Shown in pieces: positions 10,861 to 22,901 of a DNA stretch of 64,000 bases. The notes beneath the pieces are model-generated. The model searched no databases. It worked only from the letters and a program-made list of their open reading frames with translations, and had not been told where the DNA came from. Positions within the stretch are counted from its first letter, which is position 1. Every line of letters starts with the position of its first letter. This DNA is from Basidiobolus meristosporus CBS 931.73 (taxonomy: Eukaryota; Fungi; Basidiobolomycota). A program made the position numbers and the translations under genes. The stretch lies in NCBI GenBank assembly GCA_002104905.1, contig MCFE01000184.1:1-64000 (forward strand), written 5' to 3'.

Positions 10861-12582
10861 CTAAATGTTCATACTGACTAGTCCTAATTTTGACCTAAGA
10901 TATTCAAACTTGTCTCTAGCTAATGGTTTGGTAAATATGTCTGCAATCATTTCATCTGTAGGACAGTAAACTAAGCTAACTAAGTTATTCTCTATAGCTT
11001 CACGTATGAAATGATGTCTAATATCTATGTGCTTGGTTCTAGCATGAAAAGTTGGATTTCTACCTAATTGTATACATCCTTGATTATCTTGAAATAAAGT
11101 AATAGGCGTTTTTTGACATAGGCCTAAATCTGTAAAGAGCTTTCTTAACCACATTGCTTCTTTTGTAGCTTCACAGGCTGCCATATACTCTGCCTCTGTA
11201 GTAGAAAGTGCTACGGTTGGTTGCTTTCTTGAATTCCATGAAATGGCTCCTTTACAGTAAAGAAAGGTGTATCCTGTGGTGGATCTTCTGTCTTCTAAAT
11301 TTCGTCCCCAATCAGCATCAGAGTATCCCACAAGATCCTGTTCTGAATCCTTATAAGTGTATCTTAAACAGATATCAGCAGTTCCTTTTAGGTATCTAAA
11401 AATCCGCTTAACTGCTGCAATATGATCAGATCCATAATTCTGATTATGTTGGCTGACAACTCCCACTGAATATGAGATATCTGGACGTGTTCCAAGCATG
11501 ATATACATCAGACTGCTGACCATAGATTGATAAGGAAAGTCAGGGCTTTCAGATGGCACCAAGCTCTCTTGATTTGGTTGAGTTTTGACCAAGTTAAGGT
11601 TTGTCTCCATTGGGGTAGCTGCCGGTTTACAGTCTTCCATTTTGTACTTCTTTAGTATATCTTGAATATACTTGGATTGGCTTAGGGTAATAGTCTGGGT
11701 ACTTCTGTCTATGGAGAACTTAATCCCTAAGTAGTAACTGAGTTCTCCTAGATCGGACATCTTGAACTCCTTAGATAGGCTGGATTTAGTCTCTTCCAAT
11801 GTTTCTAGGTTATTGGTGGCTATAATGAGATCATCCACATATAGAGCTAATAGAACTGGATTTGCTCTATCTGGCTTATAGTATATACTATAGTCAGCAT
11901 TACTCCTTTTGAAACTCAAAGATTCCAAATAAGAATCTATCTTGCAATTCCAGGCTCTCGGTGATTGTTTGAGACCATATAGTGACTTTTTAAGCTTGCA
12001 GACCAAATGGGGGTTATCTTGGTCAACAAACCCATCAGGCTGGTCCATATACACGTCCTCATCAAGTTCTCCATTCAAAAATGCAGTTTTTACATCCATT
12101 TGATGAATAAAAAACTTATATTTGGCTGCAATAGCCAATATTAATCTGATGGAATTAAACTTGGCTACCAGTGCAAAGGTCTCAGTATAGTCAAGTTCTT
12201 TTGTTTGAGAGTATCCTTTGGCTACAAGTCTTGCTTTGTATCTTTCAATTGTACCATCAGCCTTGTACTTTGTCTTGAAGACCCATCTGCATCCAATTGA
12301 TTTTCGGTTGATTGGTAATTTGACTAAGTCCCAAGTTTGATTTTCCATCAGGGCCTGATATTCCTCAGTCATTGCAGATCTCCAAAACTTCGTCTGAGGG
12401 CTATTTAGGGCCTCTTTTACAGTCTGGGGTTCATCAATATGGACTGAATAGGCATAGGCTAAGCTTGTACCCTCATTAATATAGTAATTTGGGCTATTTC
12501 TTGTCCGATTTGATCTCCGGGCATTTGATACTGGAATGATCACTTCTGGGATATTCCTGGGCACTGATTCTGGCTGAACCAC
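10861..12582 (-). CDS. pol: Copia pol C-terminal part: reverse transcriptase + RNase H (frameshifted from the upstream ORF)
   Basis: 573-aa ORF with ERYKARLVAKGY, QMDVKTAFLNG, LKKSLYGLKQSPRAW, YVDD, GYSDADW, KHIDIRHHF, ADIFTKPL. Confidence 0.96.
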   Translation of the reverse strand: MVQPESVPRNIPEVIIPVSNARRSNRTRNSPNYYINEGTSLAYAYSVHIDEPQTVKEALNSPQTKFWRSAMTEEYQALMENQTWDLVKLPINRKSIGCRWVFKTKYKADGTIERYKARLVAKGYSQTKELDYTETFALVAKFNSIRLILAIAAKYKFFIHQMDVKTAFLNGELDEDVYMDQPDGFVDQDNPHLVCKLKKSLYGLKQSPRAWNCKIDSYLESLSFKRSNADYSIYYKPDRANPVLLALYVDDLIIATNNLETLEETKSSLSKEFKMSDLGELSYYLGIKFSIDRSTQTITLSQSKYIQDILKKYKMEDCKPAATPMETNLNLVKTQPNQESLVPSESPDFPYQSMVSSLMYIMLGTRPDISYSVGVVSQHNQNYGSDHIAAVKRIFRYLKGTADICLRYTYKDSEQDLVGYSDADWGRNLEDRRSTTGYTFLYCKGAISWNSRKQPTVALSTTEAEYMAACEATKEAMWLRKLFTDLGLCQKTPITLFQDNQGCIQLGRNPTFHARTKHIDIRHHFIREAIENNLVSLVYCPTDEMIADIFTKPLARDKFEYLRSKLGLVSMNI

Positions 12583-14804
12583 GGTTGTAGAGTCCTCTGG
12601 AGTGAAAAATTTTCATTGTTTTGCTCTGATTCAATCCTGACAATTGGTGGACTTGAGATCAAATTTTCGTCATCATCTGATGTCATTTTTTGTGAAAATT
12701 TTGAATTTTCATCAAACAACACATCCCTGGACTTGATCAGCTTCTTTGCTTTGGTATTGTAGAGTCTGTATGCCTTACTCTCATTGCAGTAGCCCAAAAA
12801 TATGCATTTTACACTTTTTGGCTCAAATTTTGACTGATTTCCGGCCAGTTTTTTGGCATATGCTGTACACCCAAATATTCTTAGATGTTCTGCACTTGGT
12901 CTGTATCCATACCATGCTTCAAATGGAGTAGAATCACGAAGTATTCTGTTATAACTCCTATTTTTAAGATATACAGCAGTGGCAACTGATTCCGCCCAAA
13001 AATCATAGGATAATTTTTGATCATGGATCATAGATCTTGCCATATCAATTATTGATCTGTTAGCTTGTTCTGCTACTCCATTTTGCTGTGGGGAGTATGG
13101 TACAGTAGTCTCTTGCTTTATCCCATGAATTTTGCAGAAGTGGATGAAGAGTTTTGAGGTATATTCTCCACCATTGTCAGAGCGTATTTTCTTGATTTTT
13201 TCACCAGTTTCTCTCTCCACCATGGCTTTAAACTCCCTGAGCTTAGACAGAGCTTCTTCCTTTCTCTCCATGAAGTAGACCCATGTGTATCTTGTATAAT
13301 CATCAATAAAAGTGATTAAATACTTCATCCCGCCTAAGGATAAATTTTGCATAGGTCCACACAGATCTGAGTGAATTAGATCTAATTTTTTCTTAGTTTT
13401 GATTAACCCAGAGCTCTTGAACGGTTGTCTGGCTTGTTTCCCATATATGCAGGCTTCACAGTGCTCCAAATTAGCTGGGGGATCAATTTTCACTCCAGAA
13501 ATTAGCTGATCTTTGATCATTTTGCGCAAATAATCAAAATTGATGTGTCCAAATCTCCTGTGCCAAAGCATTGGTGTTTCTTTGTTTAAGTTACTTATAT
13601 TGGCTTCCAAATATGATGGAATATAAGTCAACTTGTATAGATTCTGATCTCTGATGCCCGAAGCAATATGAGCACCATTTTGATCAGTGATCCTGCATCC
13701 AGAATTGTCAAAACTGAAACTGAGTCCTTCTGCTGTGGCCTTGCTTACAGAGAGTAGGTTCTTGGCTATTTCTGGTACATAGAGTACTTCTTTAAAGGTC
13801 AGTGTATGGCTTCCTTCACTGCTTCTAAGGTTTACTTGGATAGTTCCTTCTCCCACTGCATCAAGTGTTCTATCGTCACCCATGAAAACCTTCTTAACTG
13901 GAATTTCTTGATATTGGGTAAAAAGTTCTTTTTGGTGTGTAAAGTGTTGAGAAGCTCCAGAGTCAATATACCACGTCTGAGAATCCTTGTTTGTGATCAT
14001 ATTTAGTGCAGATATGAATAGTCTATCTTCAGTTGTTGCAGCATTTCCATATTCAGGCTTCTTTTGCTGATAATCTCTCTTTTTGAAACACCGGTCTGAT
14101 GTGTGTCCTTTCCTTTTGCAGTAGTTGCAAAATAGGTTGTTGTTGCCTTTGTAGGGTCTTGGGTACCTCCTTTGTTGGTTATCATTGCTTATTAAAGCAT
14201 TTTCTTCTTCCTTCTTATTGGCGCTTGATTTTCTTAATTCTTCATCCAGGAGCCTTCCATATACGTAATTTAAGGTCAAATCTTCAGTTCTGGACTCTAG
14301 GGCTGATACAAGGCCCTGAAACTCGTCTGTCAGGCTATTCAGGATGGTAACTATCACATCCTCATCAGTAGTTGGTACGCCCACAGATTCCATCTCATCT
14401 ACCAGCAGGGTAATTCTGTTAATTAGATTTTTCATTTCTTCTCCTGGCAGCATCTTTGTAGTAAAGAATTTTCTTCTCAGATACATTTTCTTGGCAGCTG
14501 AACATGACTGGTAGGTGTCTTCTAATGCCTTCCAGGCATTCTTTGCCGTTTTTGCTCTTGAGCATTGAATTAGCAATTTGTCCTTGACATTAAGGCAAAT
14601 GCAGTTAAAGGCACTTTGTTCTCTCTTCTGGTACTTTAAGGCTTCCTCTCCCACGTTTTTAGGAGGGCATTCTTCTCCCATGACAATATCCCAAAGGCCT
14701 CTTTCTTGTAGCAGCATCTTCATCTTCACCTTCCACACTTGGTAGTTAGATCCATCCAACTTTTCAGCAGAGGGAAAAATTCCAGTAATAGCAGTAGTAG
14801 ACAT
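12540..14804 (-). CDS. gag-pol: Copia gag-protease-integrase part of the polyprotein (true start probably the ATG at 14804, MSTTAITG)
   Basis: KLDGSNYQVW gag start, CNYCKRKGHTSDRC knuckle, WYIDSGAS protease, WHRRFGH..CEAC HHCC, HSDLCGP, RSDNGGEY, PQQNGVAE integrase. The ORF-track extension to 14963 lies in the LTR/leader. Confidence 0.95.
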   Translation of the reverse strand: MSTTAITGIFPSAEKLDGSNYQVWKVKMKMLLQERGLWDIVMGEECPPKNVGEEALKYQKREQSAFNCICLNVKDKLLIQCSRAKTAKNAWKALEDTYQSCSAAKKMYLRRKFFTTKMLPGEEMKNLINRITLLVDEMESVGVPTTDEDVIVTILNSLTDEFQGLVSALESRTEDLTLNYVYGRLLDEELRKSSANKKEEENALISNDNQQRRYPRPYKGNNNLFCNYCKRKGHTSDRCFKKRDYQQKKPEYGNAATTEDRLFISALNMITNKDSQTWYIDSGASQHFTHQKELFTQYQEIPVKKVFMGDDRTLDAVGEGTIQVNLRSSEGSHTLTFKEVLYVPEIAKNLLSVSKATAEGLSFSFDNSGCRITDQNGAHIASGIRDQNLYKLTYIPSYLEANISNLNKETPMLWHRRFGHINFDYLRKMIKDQLISGVKIDPPANLEHCEACIYGKQARQPFKSSGLIKTKKKLDLIHSDLCGPMQNLSLGGMKYLITFIDDYTRYTWVYFMERKEEALSKLREFKAMVERETGEKIKKIRSDNGGEYTSKLFIHFCKIHGIKQETTVPYSPQQNGVAEQANRSIIDMARSMIHDQKLSYDFWAESVATAVYLKNRSYNRILRDSTPFEAWYGYRPSAEHLRIFGCTAYAKKLAGNQSKFEPKSVKCIFLGYCNESKAYRLYNTKAKKLIKSRDVLFDENSKFSQKMTSDDDENLISSPPIVRIESEQNNENFSLQRTLQPWFSQNQCPGISQK

Positions 14805-14822
14805 TGCAGAGAGTGACAGCTC

Positions 14823-14835
14823 GGGGCTCATAACC
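14823..14835 (-). promoter_or_regulatory. Primer-binding site GGTTATGAGCCCC (anticodon arm of initiator Met tRNA, copia/Ty5-type half-tRNA priming)
   Basis: Directly abuts the 5' LTR and is complementary to GGGCTCATAACC of fungal-type tRNAiMet. The same motif follows the Copia-2 LTR at 28676-28688. Confidence 0.85.
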
Positions 14836-15185
14836 TGTTGTAAGAGTCTTGGAGATATTGGAAGTGATTGGGAGAACAAGTAGATTATGTGGTTTTCACT
14901 TAATGATTTATTGAATGTAAAAGTAGTATTTATACTTTTACATGGTCTTGGCATTACAAACACGTAGAATAGGTTAAGGAAGGTCCCAAGAACATGTGTG
15001 CAAAGTTTGGGGCTGTTTGGACAACTTTGAGAATTTTCATGTTCTGGGTACCTGGTATTTTGGTGAAAATATTCTAAGTAAATCCCGACAAGGAATTTGG
15101 TCAGTATTCTCTAGGATTTGAAGATGATGATCTAAGTGACTAAGTTAGGTGAATATTTAGGTGGAAAATACGAATTTTTACAACA
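14836..15185 (-). repeat. 5' LTR of Copia-1
   Basis: Identical by eye to 10500-10849. Confidence 0.97.
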
Positions 15186-15190
15186 AAATT

Positions 15191-17600
15191 TACATATTCA
15201 TCTTTATGCTTGTAGCATAGCTTCTCAAGTCTTGTTGCCAACACCTTGCATAAAAGCTGTAGATGCATCAAGCGGCATTAATGCTCCACTTCTGGGTAAA
15301 TATCCCTAAAATGTAACATATGACTCCTAATGCCTCCAATGTACATGAGGTTGAGATTGCTTCAGAATGCCACTTGAGATAGTATGTATACAGCTCATCC
15401 AGTCTTTACATTGGTATTGTTACATATGCATATTAATATTAATTGGAGCCTGTGAGAAGTACTTTGGGTAGCAGAAGCTCCGTACTATCTTGCCAATTCT
15501 TTCAAATTTCTCCAGTATCTCAAAGGGCTAATACAGCTTAAAATGCCCCATGTACATCTTTTTCATAAGTATAGGGACATTGTTGAAAACCAAATGCATT
15601 ACTCCTATTGGAAAGCTTTTGCTCCAGCAGATACCCTATATCTTAAGTATCTCCTGCTTTTCATTTAACTACATATTCTAGCTAATGGCTCATAGCTAGC
15701 CAACTTTGCTGTAACTACATGCTGACTACTGTACATTCTCTCTGTGGGAAGAGGATGTTCTTGGTGTTGGTGTTTGGATAATAACAATATGTGTGAGTAA
15801 TGGAGTATATCCCATGGATCTCACACATTCAGGCACAATATTGTGTATTGTGCCCAGAGGAGCTGGCTATTTTTCTGATGCTTGGAATATCTCTAATGCA
15901 GATAATAATAAGCACTTTAATATGATGGCCACTAAGCAGTATCCTACCAGAAAGCATGCATAACTTATCCAGTAATGGATACCAGTAACTTTCCAGGTTG
16001 GACCATGATTTAGGCCCATATACTGATGAGACAAACATTTAATTTCTGCTCAGATACTACAAGATAGGTGGGGTATTTACTTCAATGAGAATCAGTGGCC
16101 AGTATGATATACTGGTAGAGTATCTGTTCAATGAGAGTTCATAAAGTGCCATGGCAAAGGCATGGTCATACTTACCTGCATGGTAGCCCTTGCTTCTTAG
16201 TTGTTTGTAATGTTTGCAATACAATAGAATTGTTCCATCATTCCAGCTGATCATAGTGCCCAATAGTGCCATAGCATGCCAGATGGTGCCTGATCATGCC
16301 ACAGAGTGCCAGATAGTGCCATACAGTACCAATTTGGGATCAAAATTGACATGCATATGACCCTAAAATATCAAATCAATAACAAAATTTACAGCACTTT
16401 CTGGCACTATGATCAATGGCACAATGGAACAAGTCTAATATACTGGAATTATTCACACTAGATTGACACTGAGTGTGGTACTTTATAGCCTCACAATATT
16501 CTTTAGACTGCTTGAGCTTCTTTGGATGAGGTATTACTGGAATGTATTTGGAGTATGAGCAATGTTTTCCACCTATGGTGGTGGATTCCTGATAATTTGG
16601 ACTCCTTGCAATGGTGGTATTTTCTGATGCAAAAGCCATGTAACTGTTAACACATACTGATATCAGGATGGTGTCTGGGTTATATGTTGCCAGCCACATG
16701 ATGGTCTGTTCAACTGTACCATGAATAAAGTAATTGCATTTTGGAATGATTTTTGCAAGAGGTAGAAGTGAATCCTCAAAGCCCTGCCATTAGTGATGTT
16801 TGTGGAAGCACCCCACTTCTCTAGCCATAACAGCACATCATATACCAGTAGATGGATTACAGGGCTCACTTGGCCCTGTAAAGTATCATTGGCATCTTTT
16901 CTATGGAGGTTATATCATTGCACATTAGGAATTTTGCCAGGCTCATGCAAGGTACTGTTGTTAGGGGATATAGGCTCACATTCTATCAGTGAGCCTTCTT
17001 CTTCAGAGCTATCACTCTGCATGCCAAATTAAGAAGGCTGAAGTGAGCCTTGAGCTGTCACAAACACACCTGACTCAGTTTGCACATGGTGACAAGTTCA
17101 GCAAGATGATGTAATAGAAGTATCAAGTGGCCAGCAAGATATTGTGGCACAGTGTTGACTGATCAATGGTCAAATATAACTTTTGTAGCAAAGTACAGTC
17201 CATGATCCTTGTAACACTTCCTATGATATCTGAGTGCCTCATGGCCAAGTGGCTTGTTACAATAGCCATATGGGCTTTTTTTGCTTTACTTATGGTGTGG
17301 ATTCAATGCAGTATTATTCATAGAGTAAACGGTTTGACATGCAACAGCTCAACTCTATTATATAACTTTTTTGTCAGTACACTTGCAGATTTAAGACAAT
17401 CTTGTAATTGAGACATTGCATTAACATGAATGTATGATTCAATGATGACCCACCACAGCAAGTATTTTAAATAAAGTTGTGGCACCACATACACAATTGA
17501 TGATTGAAAGGAGATAAACCAATTTGCTTGCATGAAGAGTAAGAGAATTGGCAGAGATTCAATCAAAAGCTGCTTATCTATTGTTGTCATCAAAAATATG
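15191..17600 (-). pseudogene. CACTA-type transposase relic, copy B (continues at 10428-10499 across the Copia insertion)
   Basis: Fragments SYWPLILIEVNTPPIL, YGPKSWSNLESYWYPLLDKL..IRDIPSIRKIASSSGHNTQYC and WLATYNPDTILI. Interrupted by the MITE at 16226-16436. Right boundary approximate. Confidence 0.8.
16226..16436. mobile_element. 211-bp MITE, TSD AAT, inverted relative to 915-1125
   Basis: AGAATTGTTCCA...TGGAACAAGTCT, with AAT at 16223-16225 and 16437-16439. Confidence 0.9.
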
Positions 17601-20600
17601 ACTAAAATTTCTGTGAAATCTGGGTATAACTTTTTCTAGACAATCTTTATACAGTGTCCTAATGGCAGGAATACCTTTTAGTGACTGGATTCAAATCTGT
17701 GTTGCTTTTTGACTGGATTATCACAATCATTTTTCATAGAGGGTTAATAGCCAATTTCTTCTCCTATAAATATGAGATTCACATACACAAGACTCACAGC
17801 ACACCCACAAGGGGTGTCAGAATCCAGCTTGGAGAAAGAATTAAATGGCCAAGTACCAAAAGGTTCTGTGCAGATGTTCAGGAGGTCATTAAGACTTAGC
17901 TAGGCATAAATTGGTAAGATAAAATTAAACAGAAATAGATGTAGGGCCCTGCACTGCTGTTGTGATGCCAACAGAGGTCTGCAAAGCTGGTTTCAAAGCC
18001 TAGTACATGTTTCCTGCCATGTAAGACATTTGGATGTACTTTGTTGTTAGGCCCACTGAAATAAGTGTAGACAACAGTAAGACTGTGAGGATGCCATGCA
18101 AATATAGCCATAAGATGGTTCCAATACCTTTGAGTGTCCACTCTTTGACAGCTAAACCAGAAAAAGCAGTCACAATTCTCCTACAACACTGTCAAGAGGG
18201 TCAACTCATTCCAAGCTGCTACCTTTATGACTGCTTCTATAAAGGATCCTTGTTGCTGCTCTGAATTGGATCAACCTGCAGGACCAACTTATACCTCATA
18301 GGGTTTTTGCTCACTGGAGGTTATAATTTGGACTCCTCTGCACCACAACATGATATGCTATTGAGATTATTGGTGGAGCATCAAGCTCACCATATTGCTA
18401 ATGTATATAGGAATATTATAAGTGCAGTACCACCAGCAGAAGATCAGCAAGCAAACATCTTATTATCACCACCATCAGTATTTTCAAGTATTTGCTCTGC
18501 TGATACTAATGCATTGATGAGGCCATACAGTTCAGTGGCTGATAAAACTAATGCAATGACCAAGAAAGGCTAGGAAAAGGCAGAGAGATAGGACAAGTAG
18601 ACATCACATAAAGAGCAATCAGACTGCATGATATAGAGTGATTCTTCTCCACAACAATTCAGGGCCTAGAGTAGCCCTATGATTCAAGCTAAAACAGAGT
18701 CATTTACAAATATACAGTGAGCTGAACCATATGTTCTTTAAAGTACTTCAACAATATTAAAATATAGCACCCAGAGAAAAGCCTGCAACAGCATGTAAGA
18801 GAGATGTTGTCCCTAGGTAGAGTAGTCTGGTCCCACAGGTGAATCCAATCTGCATCAGCTGTTTGGATCCTGCAACAAAGCTATCATGATGCAGCAGCTT
18901 AGAACTATTGGCCTTGTTCATGGTGATGGCATATTGCTGATTTCATTGTCAAATAAAGCTAGAACTTGGAGGTAGGTACTTAAGCAGCCTCTTGGCAATA
19001 ATGGCTTTGCATTTTGACAGTCTTGTTTTGGTCTGAATCTTATTTAGCAGACATTACCAGCCAGCACAATGGATTCCTTTATATGGCAACAGACTTGACT
19101 CCATTTTGATGGCCTCCTTGCAGGCCTCTGTTGACAACATAACAGCGGTATGGCAGCTTACAGCTAGTTGTTCATAAATCCATTGTACCAATCTATCAAG
19201 TGGTATACCATATCTACCTCCCCTTGCTTTATTGATACACTGTACCTTGGAATAGCACCTCTTCATTTGCCCACATAATACCTCTGTGGGTACTCTACAT
19301 AGAGTTTGAGCTGAACAACCTTTGGCCTTGTGCTTACTAACTTCAGCATAGAAGCCCACCTTCTGCTATTGAGATCTGTTACCTTGACTGTACAGCTTTT
19401 CAGTGTGATACATGCAAAGCTGCCACATACCTTGTGTTACTGGTAGCATATACATCTTGCAAGCATGTTTCCTCATTGCCTCCACTTTGCCATCACTTCC
19501 TCATGAGCATCTGCAAAAAATGTTGGCTACCAAGCCCATATATATTCCTTCTCAATGACTAATTGTACTCCCCTTGATGTATATTATCTGTGTTAGTTCC
19601 ATAATGAATGGTACTCATGCACCAGTTGAATAATAATCAAGGAAAATGTGTATGTTCATTCAAGCAGCACTAAATAAAAGTAGCAGCTATGAACTTGGCA
19701 GTGATAAAAATCAGCAGCTTCCTCAGGGGCCTGTCACAACCAGGGCTAGCGCTCAAAGCAAGCACTAAGGAAACATCATACGGCTAGAAGATTACCATTA
19801 AGGAATAAGCAGGCAGAAACTGACACACCAGTGTGGCATTTGTTGAGTGAAAGTACAGTGTAATATAAGTAGTGCTCTGCTGAAGTAGGATAGGTTTAAA
19901 ACATGATCCACCATGTAATGCTTAATCAATAATATCCAACAACAGCCAGCGTGCTTATTCTGAAATAGTTCACTTGGAGATTAATATTGTTAAAGTCCAT
20001 ACAACTTTCACTAATACACTCAATCATAAGCTCAGAATATACTAGGCAGTGCTTTACACTACCATAGCAGAGTCCAACCTTCCAACAACTTTAGGGCTTA
20101 TTTACTTTTTCAATAATGCTTCCATATTTTAAGATTATAGACCTCCCCTTAATCCAAAAGGGTGCCTTAAAGGGGTGTCTACATGGGTATCTTTAGATTC
20201 AACCCTATGAAGATTAATTTGATCCTACAGGTGGATCCAATCCAGATCAGCCTTCATAAGGCCAGCAGCTTAGATTTAGTGACCCTCTTAACAACTTTAT
20301 GACAGGATCAAAATGGCATTTGGCTAATTTTACTGCCAAATAAAGTTAAAAAACTTGACAGGGTTTGATCAATGCTGTAGTAATAATTGCATGGCATTGT
20401 TGCAGTCTTAATGCACTCTACAACTATTTTAAATGGATCTGACTGGCCAGCATATCCAGTTGTCTTATGAGGAAAAAACTTAATGGTGTTTTGACTGCCT
20501 CATTGCAAGTCTTTATTGGCATTATCATGGCTGTATTGCAGCCTACATCTAGTTCTGTAAGATACTACTATACCAATTTACCAATTGGTATTTCCTTTTT

Positions 20601-20639
20601 CTACCACCCCTTGTGCAATTTGTATATTCCACTGAAAAA

Positions 20640-22901
20640 TCACTGCTCTATATTTGCGTATCTACTACTTCCTTGGGTATTCCACATATGGATCATATCA
20701 AAGAATGCTATACCTTTCTGCTTACTAACCTCTACAAATGCGCACACCTGCCACAATTGACATATTTCTACCACCTCAACGTTACAGCTTTTTAGTGTGA
20801 TACTAGCAAAGTTGCAATATACCTTGTCTTGCTGGTAACATATACATCTTGCAAACATACTCTTGGTTGCTGCCACTTCTGCCATGAGTACCTCCAGAAT
20901 ATTTGTAAAGGCATTTCTGGTATTTAGCCAATTTATTCCTTCTCCCTGGTTGACTCTAGTCCCCCTCATAGGTGCACTCTGGCTCTTGTTTGTGTGAGTT
21001 CCATATTGAATGCTGTAGAAGTTTGCTTGAGACCAAGAGAAGCCCAGCATACTTTGGTAGAGCTTTTCTGATAAAATTAAATGCTTGTTGCACCCAGCCC
21101 AACTTTGCATTACTTAACTGACTACCCATGCATTGAGGCTGCTTAGCTTCTTATTTCCATAAGCATAGGTGTTACCATGTGCACATCTATCCCCAGTATT
21201 TTTCAACTCTTCCTGGCTGTCCCCCATGTACCAACTCATCATATCCATCACAGACTTAAAGGTAATATTCTTGATGAGATTGGGATATGATAGTACCTGC
21301 AACCAACTTGTCTTCCTATCTCCTCACACATCTGCTCCATAGGACACTCCCAAAAGGTGAAGCAAAGCTCAGTATTCTCCACACACTGAGCAAGATGGAG
21401 TAAAGAATGGATACAGTAGCAGCCAAGATCTACACATTCAGCTTTATGTTTGTAGTATAGCCGCTCCAATCCCATTACAAACTCCTTGCACAACAGCTGT
21501 AGAGGTAACCAAGTTGGCATTAGTATCTGCTTCTGGATAAATATTCCTACAATGTCCACATATGACTCCCAATGCTTCCAATGAACTCTTGGTAGGAATA
21601 GCTTCAGAATGCCACTTGAATAAATACATATCCAGTTCATCTAGTCCTTGCATTTGTATTGTTGCATATGCATATGAATATTGATTGGAGCCTGTAAGAA
21701 ATACTTGGGGCATCAAATACTGTGAAGTTTCTTGCCAATTCTTTCAAATTTCTCCGGTATCTGAAAGAACTCATTTACCTTGAATTGCCCTGTGTACAAC
21801 TTGGTCATCAGTATAGGGATATTGTTGAAAAGCAAGTGCATTGCTCCCAGTGGAAAGCTTTTGCTCCAAAAAATACCCTCTAGCTTAAGTAGTTTTGGTT
21901 TCCAATAGATTCCATATTACAGCCAATGTCTTATAGCTTGCCAACTTTGCTGCATTTGTATGCTGACTGCTGTACATTCCCCCTGTGGGAACATGATGTT
22001 CTTAGTGTTGGTGTTTGATGATAATAATGTGTGCAAGTTATGGAATAAATCCCCTGGATCTCACACATTTGACAGCAATACTATCTATGTGCCCAGAAAG
22101 GCCAGCTATCTTGCTGATGGCTGGGGTATCTCCAATGCAGATAATAATAAGAACTTTGACATGATGGCCATTTACTATTATCCCACTGGAAAGCATACAA
22201 AGCTCATCCAGCAATGGATATATATAGCTATCTAGATTTGACAGTGATTTAGGCCTAGATATCAGTGAGACTACCATCAGATTTTGGCTCTGATACTGTA
22301 AGATAGGTGGCAGATTCAGGTTGATGAGAGTCAGTAGCCACCAGGATATGCTGCTAGAGTACTAGTTTAATGTGAATCCATCAAGTGCTATTGCAAAGGC
22401 ATGGTAATTGATACTTTTAAAGTAGCCCTTGCTTCTGAGCTGTCTGTAATGTTTGCAATCAAATATAATGGATATGTTTGCACTTGATTGATACTCAGTG
22501 TGGTACTTCATAGCTTCACAATATTTGTTGGACTGCATGAGCTTTGTCTAATGGGGTATAACTGGAATATATCTGGAGTGTGAGCAATGTTTTCCTTCAG
22601 CAGTAGTTGATTACTGACAATTTGAACATGTTGCAATGGTGTCATTTTTGGATGTGAAGGCCATCAACTGTTAGCCTGTGTGGGAATCAGGACAGTCTCT
22701 GGATCATATGTTGCCAGCCACACAACAGATGTCCACTTGTACCATGTACATGGTAAGTTGCATCCTGGCATTATTCTGGCAAGAAGTAGTAGTAAATCCT
22801 CAAAGTCCCCATTACTGATATTTGTGGAAATGCACCACTTCTCTAGCCACAACATTACATCAATTGCCAGTGGATGGATTACTGGGCTCATTTGGCTCTG
22901 T
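20640..22901 (-). pseudogene. CACTA-type transposase relic, copy C (continues 27814-28327 and 29861-30000 across the Gypsy-1 and Copia-2 insertions)
   Basis: VSLISRPKSLSNLDSYIYPLLDELCML..ICIGDTPAISKIAGLSGH; HSLLHLAQCVENT..FTFWECPMEQMCEEIGRQV; N-terminal RPCGYYSRPLSHEAHGQHRK at 27909-28256. Confidence 0.85.

Larger units (their letters stand above)
10500..15185 (-). mobile_element. Full-length, very young Ty1/Copia LTR retrotransposon (Copia-1), 4686 bp
   Basis: Two 350-bp TG...CA LTRs, identical by eye; 5-bp TSD AAATT (10495-10499, 15186-15190); PBS and PPT present; order gag-PR-IN-RT-RNaseH. Host transposase sequence is continuous across the TSD. Confidence 0.98.
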
